From assembly GCA_949358305.1 (NCBI GenBank), contig OX442314.1, forward strand, positions 15,624,001-15,688,000: a DNA stretch of 64,000 nucleotides, read 5' to 3'. This DNA is from Strigamia acuminata. Lineage: Eukaryota. Under the pieces are notes generated by a model. It was not told where the DNA came from. It saw only the letters and a program-made list of their open reading frames with translations, and did no database searches. A program made the position numbers and the translations under genes. Of the stretch, positions 39,201 to 51,200 are shown in pieces (within the stretch, counting starts at the first letter, position 1; each line of letters starts with the position of its first letter).

Positions 39201-42200
39201 GTCAGCAAAACCATTAATAAGATAAATTGTTCAATTAAATAGAGAGAAAAAATGATTGCATGTAACACAAAAACATCTTCATTTCACAGTACGTCGTAGC
39301 AATCACGAGAACTATAGTTTATTAAATTAGAAAAATACTTCTCCGTATTTTCAAGTGTTATTTTTTTTTCAGTATGATTTGTAAACTGCTGAAGCAAGTT
39401 AATTAAAATTAAGCGTTAAATGTTGTGACAAGATAAATTCGCACTAATCACAACCACAAATTCAACAAATCGTATTAACAGTTTTGCAAAAGTTTTTGAA
39501 GTGCGTGTATAAAACGTAATCTAATCAAAAGTTGAAAATGAACATCCAGAATTCAAAGTTTATAATCCTCGGTAGAAATTAAATTTATTCTTTCTATTGC
39601 AATCCATACGGTTTCATTAATGCGGGCAGTTTAGGTGCATTCTCCACTCATGAAATCATATCCCGTGAGCAATGAGAATTCCGTACTTCGATTGAAATTG
39701 CAACCGTGCAATTAACTCGCAACATTGCAACCTGAATACCACTGGCAATAATTCAGTCTAGTTTAAAAATAAATAATAAATAACGTACAACATTCAGCAC
39801 AGAGAATACTTTATCGTTATTGTTTGACTTTTGTTACGACCAGACCAGTTCGCCCAAATTGATTTTTCTTTCCTTTTCCAATGATTTTTTTAAAAACTAA
39901 ATTGAATTATGAAAAAAGAAATCTGTAATATAAGATTTTGAATGGAACCGGCTACAATTCTAGCAATATATTATTAACAACGCAATTGGACGAGAGAATA
40001 ATAAAAATATATAAATAAATAAAAAGTAACTGTACCCGATACAACAACTCTCCCCGGCGCACTAGCACGAACTTCTTGCGTCAAATGGTTGACAGTGCGG
40101 CATTGGTATGTGTCCATGCTGTCGCTACTGGTCACTTGATGGATAAACAATTCACCTGTCGTGGACATCGCGAATCGACTACCTGCCAATTGAAAGAAAG
40201 AAAACAACAGATTTGAGCTTTTAATTCAATACTCAGATTTATTTTTAGGAAAAACCAATTTCTAACAAAAACCAAAACAAAAATTTATTCCAACACATTT
40301 CAACTTTGTAATGCCAAAAAAAACAACAACAACAACAACAAAAATTACCTATTTTATTTATAAAACAACTTTTACAGACTGATGAACTTCAGTGTGCAAA
40401 GGTAAAGCTAGCCAGTTGTCACTGTCTCCATTAATTTAGTTGAAATAAAGTTTCTCACGGATTTGTATTTCTTGTCGACTTCTTTTATTTACAGTGTGGT
40501 TGCTAAGTTCTCTTTCATAGCAACCACAACCGCACAATTGAATTACATTGCACCAAAAGATTTGTTAAGATTAAACATCAAGAATGAATTGATAAGAATT
40601 ATTGACGCATCAGGTAATTCCGGGTATGCCACAGGAACAATATATGTATGTTTGTTTTTAACCTCCATTCTCTTTGATCGCCACTTAAACAAACAATTGT
40701 AAATGTTTACTTCACATCACCAAGAAAAACCAAGAGGAGAAAAAAGAAAAAAAGTAATTAAAACCTAAGAAAATATCACAGAGCCATTCATTCATATTAA
40801 TATATGAAAATTAGTTTTCTAAGCACTGTGTGTTTTCGGAATTTTAAATTACTTTAAATGGTGCTGTTGAATGGACCGAAAATTAACTCCCAGAGCTGTG
40901 GGCAGATGAAGAAATTTAAAATTCTTAAATCAATTTAATGTTAACAAACTTTTAAATAAAGAAAGTAAGAAAATGGAAGAAAACGGGTCATGATCCTTGG
41001 TAGGAAGTGACCGTAAGTGGCCATAACAGTCGACTGAACTGGAAGATAGAGCCAATTTGGCCGTTGGTGCACCTGAGGAGGAGTTAAGCGCACTACCTTA
41101 ATGTAAACCAAGCACTCCAACCTCAGTTTAATTATAATCATGATAATTAAATTGAATTTCTAAACCAAACTTTTTTAACATCAAATTCCATACAACCCTA
41201 CCTAGAAATTTAAAATCATTAATGAAATTTCCACAAAAAATAATTACTCCGTATTATTTAATAAATAAAAATCAGCTGTGCTCATCCAAGTGTGAAAATT
41301 GGCTCAAAGTGGCAGAAAAAAAGAAAAAAGTTCGATTCCATAACGTTTTTCAATTTCAACTTCCTCCGATTCAGAGGCATCAAGAGTTGGCAGAGATAAC
41401 GTCGCAAACAACATGTGCCAGGTAGGCATGCACTAATTAGAAAAGCTCTATTAAGACTAATGTAATTTCCTCCCGTGTATGTAGTGAAGGAAAATCATTT
41501 TAGCGTAAATCTATTGTACTCATCAAATTTCACCCGAACTGACACAAGACACGAACACAGTGTAGGCGAAGAAAAGAACAAAAGAAATAGCAGCTAAAAT
41601 GCCTGTAAAACAGTAGTAAGTACTTTCAAACTTCTTTAATAACCTAAAAGCACAGAATAAAATCAGATTTATGTCGAGTGAAATTTGAATTCCCGAGTTC
41701 TGAACGAGCACAGCACAGTGATAAATTCGCCAGTGCGAAAGCAGCAATGGAATAATCCGAATTCCCATTCTGTCAATCATATGGTAAGAGAAAATCGACC
41801 GGACATGCAGGTTACCATCATGTTTAATGTATGTGTAATGGAAGCATATAAACATCAACTTTTAAGTGCACTTTCAACAATCAATAATTCTTCTTTCGTT
41901 TACACAACACGTGTGCTTTGTATTCCCAAAACTTATCATTTCGAAAGCTTTACAATTTACCTCAACTGTATACATATAAATAGCAAAAACTAATGGCGTA
42001 TGTCAACGACGTACTAGTGCTGATTGTGTGCAACCATACCATACATATCGATATCGACAATCACTGTATTTTCGTAGAAAAGATTATTTGTTTTCCAATA
42101 ACATAAAAAGTGCATAGTCCTCGATGTTAGCCTGCTTCCCCCACTTCCATAAAAACCTTAGTGCTTTTATCTCCAAGTAAATGACTAGAGGAAAAAAGGA

Positions 42201-45200
42201 AGAAATAAAATGATCATCATTGGGAAGAATGTTTGCTCCAAACTACTCAAACTGTTCCTCACAAGTGTTCATCAGTAACAGATGTCATGCAAGTATCCAG
42301 AAAAATTTAAAAAGCAAATTGCATTGCCTAGTCAGCATTTTTTTATTTCTATTTTTTTCCCACTTTCTTTATGCTGTACGATTATTGCGCGACTTGCTTT
42401 AATCGTAACAAGAAGAAGAAAAACAACATGCTGGCCGTATTATTTTTTGAAATTAAAACGAAATTTCCAAAATCTAGTCCCTTGGCAAACAACGCAACTT
42501 GAATTTGTTGCTCGCGCACCAATTACCATTTTAATGAGCCTTCTCTAGAGTTTCGGTGTTTGGATAAAAGCAGAAGAACATAAAAGGAAACTACCAATTC
42601 GCGAACCGTATATATCGAAGTAAATTATAACACTCTGCCGCATTTTTTTTCTTCTCGTAAAAGTCAATAAATTAGCCATTAACATAAAGCATCTTAAATT
42701 TCCATCAGTTTGATAACCCAACTAACTTATTTGTTAACTTTAGAAAATGAACTAAGCATTCAAGCCCGTAGCAAGGACGCGAATTACCATATTTGAATGG
42801 GATCATTCGAGATGGTAATGACTCGTTAATCCCGAGATTATTCCGCCGCCTTCTCCAGTCCAACTTATCACATTCACCCATCACCTTTTTTCATTAGTGT
42901 GCCTCATCTCTCCTCTATCTACTCTTTCTTCCTTCCGCTCTTCGTGGGTGGTTGATGAAACTTTCATCCTAGACTCGACTCAACGATAATTGTTTTTGCC
43001 TATTGATCTGCAACGATTGCAATCAATGTCGAAACCGATTTCTATGTGAATCGTTACTCTACACACATTAGAACAAAATCCCACCCTTTTCAATCTCATT
43101 CTTAACTCTAATTCGAACCATCAATTCCTAGACAAATTAATTCATTCACTACTGATCCGAATTGAAATGACATGAACCAATGAGAAGCTAATATTTAAAT
43201 TTTTTTAAAAATTCTATTTTAACTCATAGCTTTTTTTCTTTTTTTTTTAAAAATAAAATCCAATTAATTTCATTTCAGAAAGTGGAACGTCATTAAATTT
43301 TAATAATTACGCCTAATTAAGTGATTTGAAATTAATGTTGGACGTTTGTTTCCACATTCCGTTCCAACTTGTAAACTAATTAATAATTAGCTTTTAAGAT
43401 CCCTAAGTTGTGTTACACTAATTCCTTTTAGCAGATAAATTGATTTGCGATAAGTGCTAAACTTATGGGGATCTAACTCTGACCATTCACTTAATGCATT
43501 TAAGTGAACGTGCAGTTGTTCCCACCAACTAAAACACCAAGAAAAGAAGAAAAAAAAGTCGAATTTGTATCTTTTTGTCATTTCATTTATCTACGTTGCG
43601 GTCCAATGAAATGCTAAGCCTCAAGAAATTCAATTCAGCAGTGAATAATAGCTCTTAAAGAGGGCAAGCAACTGTTTTAACAGTGTGTGGTCAAAAGGCT
43701 TAAACTCTTGGACTCTAATTACCATAAATCAATGTTTTGGATTAAAATAAAACAAAAAAATAAAAATTTTGAAAATCTATATGCGAGTTTATTATTGATT
43801 GCCCCCACTCGACGTCCAGGTACGTCCACACTCCAATTTTTATCTTATTGCAGCATCAATAGCTTTACGATTTCTGAATAAAAACAAATTCTTTTCATCT
43901 TCCCCGCGCAACTAAATTTTTCGATCAATAATACCCTCCACGAATTATCCTAAAAGAAAAAGAAAAATTATTTGGTTTCATTTACCTGAAAGCACGCCTG
44001 ACTGAATGGGAAGATGTTTATTTCGAATCCACGCTTCCACTTGCACGTATTCTTTGACAAAGGGTGGAATGTGACATTTTAGAACCGCCGTGTTTCCAAT
44101 GATGACAAACTCATCATAGACTTGAACTTCGTAATATTGCTGAACCACTGCCAATAGTAAAACAAAATAAAAAAATATTCAATTAGATGCAAGCGAAAAC
44201 TCATATTTATACAAAAAAATTTTATGTCGAACAAAAATGTTATAAACTACAAAGTTTGCGGCAGGTACGTTTCCCGTATAAAAACCCCCGTTAAGCCTAC
44301 AAGTATAGTGGAAAAACTTGTAACTCTACCGGAGCTTACAATATAACTGAAAATAGCATAGCCAATCCGGTAGTTTACCACTATTTACGTAACTGACTAA
44401 AAATCTGGATTAGCATTGACCTCTTTTGCCGCCATTTTGAATTCTAGGCTTCATTCACGCGCGGAGCACATGTTACGGGTTTATCTAATTGTTTGTGCTT
44501 TTAATTGTTTTAAATTCACAATAATAAAGTTGCAGCATTGTATTGCAACAGTTAAAAACAGAAATTCTCTCTTTTTATGCGAATGAGACATAAGTTTCGG
44601 TAATCACGTGACATGTATAAGGGTTAACTATAACTATAACTTAAAATTTCAACCCACTTTTACCTTACACTAAATATGGTGTAAAAAATTTCATAATTAT
44701 AAGGGAAAAGTACCTTCCGCAAACTGCGTAACATGAATATGCCATAGCTACAAAATAATTACGAAAAGTTATCGCAATTCGCAAAAACCTTGTTTCCTTT
44801 CACATTTAAATTACAACTGTGTGCTACATGCTTAATTGTGTCAGTATGAAGCGAATAAATTGCACGAGCAAGTGTTGACTTTAAACGAACATACTGGAGG
44901 TACAAGATAGACAACACACTGGACGGTGGTCATTAGTGGTTGCCTCGAGAAAGTTGTCTCACTCTCGAACCGATGTTTGCAGCACCGTGTTAGGCAATAA
45001 TGAGCAAGCTAATCCTCTCTTAATGAAGCCAACTGGAATGTAATGGAGTCAGTGCCCTCTCATTCAGCATAAGTACTGTCGGAGACATTTACAATAACAG
45101 GTGCAGCAAAAGTATTGTTTCATCAAACTGACGACCCTAAACAAAGGAGTTAAAACAGTTGTTAGCTTCGTAATATCTTGTTCCACCAAGTTCAAATGGC

Positions 45201-48200
45201 GGCACTTACAGTTCAACTTCGAAAAATAATTACACGTTTGTCGGTCGTCTTAGTGAAACTTAAGCCTTTTCAATTTTAATAATCTAAAAACATGGCACTG
45301 AAATCTGAATAAGACTTACTTCTTCTAGAATAAAAATGTTGCACACCATAATTAATGCTTCTCAACGAAAAAAATAATCTTTGCAATCTTTAGTTAGTGT
45401 CTGAGCACAATAAACTCCCACCAGCTTTTCTTCATGTAACTTCAGTGTTACAGATTACGTACAGCATTTGTCTTTATTTTTATTAAATATTTTAGAAACA
45501 TAATTTACGAAATGTAAATGAACTTCACGATGGGTGATGAATTGTAAAACAGCAAAAGCGACGGTCGAAATAAAACTTAACAACTTTTAATTTTACTTGA
45601 GTTGAAAAATGACATTCTTTTTCACAAGTGACGCGTGGTCAGCGAGTTGAGGGTGGAATGTGTGTTACATAGAAAAAACGGGGTCTACATCCGGTCAACA
45701 AGGGCCGAAAGATACCCAATTTACATAAAAGAGGGCTCTCGAAAAGACCCTCGAGCGATTTATATAACACAAAAAGAACACAGACAATTTAATGCAATAA
45801 CACAACTGAAAAGTCAGCAAAAACCATGATGAAACACAATTAAACACGATAATACACAATAAAGCACAATGAATGAAAAAGAACACAAAACACAAAACAA
45901 AACACAAAACACTTAATTGTAATAAACACAAATCAATCACTAAATTCAATCGATAATTAAACTAAGACAAAATTACTAAAATCAAATACATGAATAAACA
46001 TTAAAAACAAATTAAATCAGTCTAGATTTTACATTGGGGGGGGGGAATTCAATTAGTCTGAAGCCTCTAAAGAACACAGTCTTTGTACTGGGCGTCTCAA
46101 AGTTTTTCCTTCGGGCAAAGTCAATTCACAAGAGCGTATTTTTTCGTCCCGTCCGATAAAGGTATTTGAAACTCTTGCCATTTTCCATGACATTCGAGGC
46201 TGACCTTGTTCTTGTATGAGAACCAAATCCCCAATTTGAACTTCTTTTGAGGTTCGTACACGACGGAATTCACGAAGCTCGACAAGGTACTCGTGCGTCC
46301 AACGACGCCAAAGCAAATTAATCAAACGTTGACGCAGCTTCCATCGCTTCACGAGCTCGGGTCGAAATGAATTGTCGACACGACTTTCTGGACTGTAGAC
46401 GTCTGGAAGCGTGATGAGACGTCCTCCGGTCAAAAAATGAGAAGGCGTCAGCGGTTCTTGCTCCAACGGATCGTCCGTAACGTAAGTGATTGGTCTCGAA
46501 TTAACCGCAGCTTCGACCTCTGTCAAAACGGTCGACAGTTCTTCAAAGTCCAACGATGATCGAGCAAGGACTTTTTTTTAAGCTCAGTTTAACAGTTTTG
46601 ACCAGTCGCTCCCAAAATCCGCCCCACCACGGAGCCAATTCGACGATAAATTTCCACTGTATTTTTTGCTTTGACAAGAACCCCTGGAACAGCTCGTGCG
46701 AGAAGCTGTTGATGAATAAAGACAAGTCTTTTTCGGCTCGCTTAAAGGTTTTAGCATTGTCTGAGTAGACAATGCCAGGGACTCCTCTTCTTGCAATAAG
46801 TCGTTTAAATGCGAGAATGAATTTCTCCGTAGTGAGATCAGATACAAGTTCTAAATGAACAGCTCGCACCACGGCACAAGTGAACAGAGCGATGTAAGTC
46901 TTTTTTCCGTTTTTAGTGTATAGTGGTCCGGCGAAGTCTATGCCAATAATTTGAAATGGCTCCGCACGATTCACTCTGTCCGCAGGTAGCAAACCGACCG
47001 TTTGAGTCATCAATTTTGCGTTCACTCTTCGACAAGTCACGCATCGGGAAATCAATGTCTTGATGAATTTTCTTCCTTTTTTAACCCAGTATTTCGCTCT
47101 AAATTCTGACAGAGTGTTGCCTAGTCCTCCATGTAAAGTTCTATGATGACAATCTTCGACTATTAATTTTACAGCCGGTGAATTTGAATCCAAAACGATG
47201 GGGCTCACAAAATTTTCTATTCCCGTGTTAAAACGTATTCTCGAGTCGATTCGTATAATTTCATTCTGGTCGAGAACTACGGCTACGCTTGCTAGGGGTG
47301 AATCGCTTTTCAGTTTCGTTGAATTTTTCAAGCTATATATTTCCTCCGAAAATCTCTGTTTTTGTATACTGCGCAACCAATAAATTTCGGCTGTTTCTAA
47401 CTCTTCCGTCTTTAACGGTCCGATGACTGTTTCGATTTTTCTTGAATTGTGGCAAAATCTCAAAATCCAGGCGGTGATTCGTTTGACTTTGGTCCAACTG
47501 CTGTACTTTTCAATATCGAAAATCGCCTCTTCACTTGATCGAGTCACATTTACGCGAGTATCTATTTCTTCAATTTCTTCTTCAAAGTTGGACTCTGTTT
47601 CTTCGTCGAATTTTTGTGGCCAATGTGTCTCGTCCTTTTTCAGCCACTCAGGGCCGCTCCACCATTCGATGTCTTGAACCAATTTGTCGGCCTCCATTCC
47701 TCGGGTTAACTTATCCGCTGGATTGACCTTCCCCGGGCAATGACGCCAACAGTCGACCTCGGTGTTCGTGCGGATTTCGCGGACTCGGTTCGAGACGAAT
47801 GGATTTGACTTCTTCTGTTGCTCGCGAATCCAGAAATATGTAATGGACGAATCGGTCCAGTAGAAAACACGCTGAATTTCTAACTTCTTGAGTTTCACGG
47901 CAACTCGCGACAGCAGCAATGCGCCCATCAATTCGAGTTTGGGCAGCGTTAAAGACTTCAGTGGTGCAACGCGCGACTTCGACATACAGAGTGTGACTTC
48001 TACGGATGTTTCATTTTTTGTTCGAATGTAGACCACGACTCCATATGCTTTGGGGCTTGCGTCGCAAAACAAATGCAATTCACGATCTGGATTTGATTGT
48101 TGTCCAGCGCTGTAATGTCGAGGAACGGCAATTTTTCTTAGCAATACGACTTGTTGTCGCCAACTTGACCATTGTTTTGAAATGTCGGGGGGCAATGGCG

Positions 48201-51200
48201 AATCCCAACCTATATTTCGAGTCCATAATTCCTGGAACATCAGTTTGCCGACAATTACAAATGGTGTCGCAAATCCTAATGGATCGTAAATCCTTGCCAC
48301 GGACTGAACGATCAAACGTTTTGATTCCTTGAGTTGATCTTGTGCGTCAGCCCATTCGCCTATTTCGAGCAGGAGGTGGTCGGTTATAAAGTTCCAGATC
48401 AGTCCCAACACGGACGTCGAGTGTTTGTCGGCGTCGACCAGATTTGCGTCCGACGGAATTTCTCTCGCAAAAAGTTCTCGCAAGCTTTGTGAGTTCGAAT
48501 GCCATTTGCGTAGGGGCATGTGCGCTTCCATCATCAATTTGCGAGCTTCGTGGAATATTTTTTCCACCTCCCCTTCGGATTTGGCGCAACCGAGCAAGTC
48601 GTCGACGTAAAATTTATCTTTGATTTGAGCAACTGTTTCTTCATATTTTTCACGCATGTTGTCGAGATGTAGTTGAATTGAGTCGTTTAAAAGGTAGGGA
48701 CTTGATTTGACTCCGAATACTACTCTTTTCTGTCGCATAACTCTGGGCTTCACAAACTGCTGACCGTCCCATTCTTCCGGTGTCCAAAGGAAACGAACGA
48801 AATCCCGATCTGCCATTCTCAGCAATAGCTGTAAAAACGCCTTTTCTATGTCCGAAAGATAAGCAAATGGTTCTTTTCGAAACAAAATCAGCAATATAAG
48901 TATTTCTGGCAGCAAATTAGGACCGCTGTCCAGGCAATCGTTCAGTGAAAGTTCATTTTTTCCTTTAGCTGAGGCATCGAAAACGATCCGAATCTTTGTC
49001 GTGACGCGATCTTCTTTAATAACGGCTCGGTGTGGCATGTAGTACGAATTTTCATGTTGCGGTTCATTAACTTCTTCGATTATTCCATCACGTATTTGAT
49101 CGTCGAAAATTTGTTTGTAGGCGGCGTAGAATCCTGGATTTTTCTTAAATTTTCTTACTAGATTCCAAAAACGTTTCTCAGCTATTTCATAATTATTGTG
49201 AAGTTTTTTCGGTTCGACCAACCACGGCAATGCGACGACGTATCTTCCTTCTTCTCTCGTCACTTGTTCGCGAAAACGAAGTGCGCAGGAATTTCGATCG
49301 GTCAATGTTTCGTCTTCACTCTCGTGGCGAATGCCGATGGACTCGAGCTCCCAGAATTTTTTCAGACTCTCGTCCAGTTGCTCCTCGAGACGGACGCTGC
49401 ACACGCGGGTGACTAGTGTGGACATTGTCGTGACGTTTATCGATGACCCCATCAAAGTCCAGCCAAATAACGTCTCCACAGCAACCAGATTTTCCTCAAT
49501 TTTTCGAACGCATCCGGTCAGTATCTTCGCGATACAATCAACGCCTAAAAGTATAAAAATGTCAAAATTAGTTTCGTTTTCTGAATTTATCACGATTTTG
49601 TTGCGTTCGAGGGCGGCTCGCAAGCCAGCCTGCAACTCAGTATGAATGGGTTTTGTAATCCACGGCGTCTCGAGTGCCGTAACAGAGAGCGATTTATTTT
49701 TGTCGCCAACATTGCACAATTTAAGTTCGAATCGATTTCTTTTAGTGTTCAACGGTGTCTGATTTCCAAAAGTGTGCACGTTTAAATGTTCTTCTCCATT
49801 CGGCTTCAAATGCAAGTCTTTTGCCAAACTAGCCAGTACGAAGGAACTCTGGCTTCCCGGATCGATCAAACACTGCACGATGGACTCACGAGATTCGTTT
49901 TGAATTTTTACGAATATTGTTGCCAATGTTGCGGTTGGAGGTTGTGCGTACGCAGCGAGGTTTTCGTTTGTTGATACGAGCAAAGTGACTTTTTCTTTTG
50001 GCGTCTCAGATGGGCCTTCGCACACGAGTTGGTTGTGATGGCGTTGACACAGTTTACACGTAACACGGAAGGTGCAGTTTCGAGACGAATGTCCTTTTTT
50101 TAAGCATTTGAAACAGCGACCTTCCTTTTTAACGAACTCTTTACGTTCGGTTGCGGTAGTCAAACACCCGTCACGCTCATGAGTCTTGTTGCAAAACATG
50201 CAATTAGTAATTGTTGTGCTCAAAACACGAGCAGACGGCACCCGATTGGGTTTTTGATTGGATTTGTCTACCTCAATTTTTTCAGGTTTGCTTTTCTCTG
50301 TTGAGCGGTGAAGATCTTGAAAGTTCTCAATTTTATTGTGGTGCACGAGTTCGTTACGCACCATGTCCAACAAATCTTTAGCTTTGTATTTCCCGTCGGG
50401 ATATTGACGTGAAAATTCCAGCGAAATTTGTCGTGGCACTAGTCCTAGAATGAGTGGACACGCTGTTGCGTCAATGGCATCAACATTCATATTTGCCGCA
50501 TTCAGACCGCGTACGTGTGTTTCACACTCATCGTACAATTTTTGAAGAGGAATAGGATCGAGAATATCACGTACGGGTTTCATTTTCATTAGGGAGCGTA
50601 AATGTGCGCTGAGAAGAACATCTGTACGGCCAAAGCGTTCGAGCAACAATTTTTTAGCGATCGGATAGTTTTCATTTGTTGGCGGTAATCCCTTCAACAC
50701 GAGTGCTGCTTCTCCATCCAAGAGCGACTTTAAATACACCAATTTACTTTGCGCAGAAATGTTCGTTTTGGTGTCAATTGAGATCTCAAAATTACCCCAA
50801 AAGTCAGCCCAGTCCAGCGGATCTCCTTTGAATTTAATTGTGTCGTACTTGGGCAGTCGCATGGGTGAGTCTTGTGGCACACTCGCGGTCCCGTGGTAAT
50901 TATTTGTTATCGGCGGGAGTACAGGTGTGGTTGGGGGCGCGATGAAAGTAATTAGCGCCTCGTCGATTTCGACACCACAATCAATAATTTTTTCGTGATA
51001 TTCAGTCTCGGATCGAGTGATTTCTTCATCTATCTCTTGTTCGTCGGTGAGCATGGCCAAGATTTTGGCGTCGAGCGATTTGAGTTCATTTGATTTTGCT
51101 TGTAGATGCACTTTTATCTTTTTTAAATCGAGTTCATTTATAGGTATACCAGCGAGAATTGTTTTGGCCTTCGTTATAGTTGTGGTGGTCAGCCTACGGG

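Noticed and set aside
45635..45949. Duplicated small ORFs (also 51463-51777; and 26724-27007 / 32247-32738), including a hydrophobic env-like peptide
   Set aside because: Lie largely or wholly within LTRs; hydrophobicity comes from T/G-rich low-complexity sequence.
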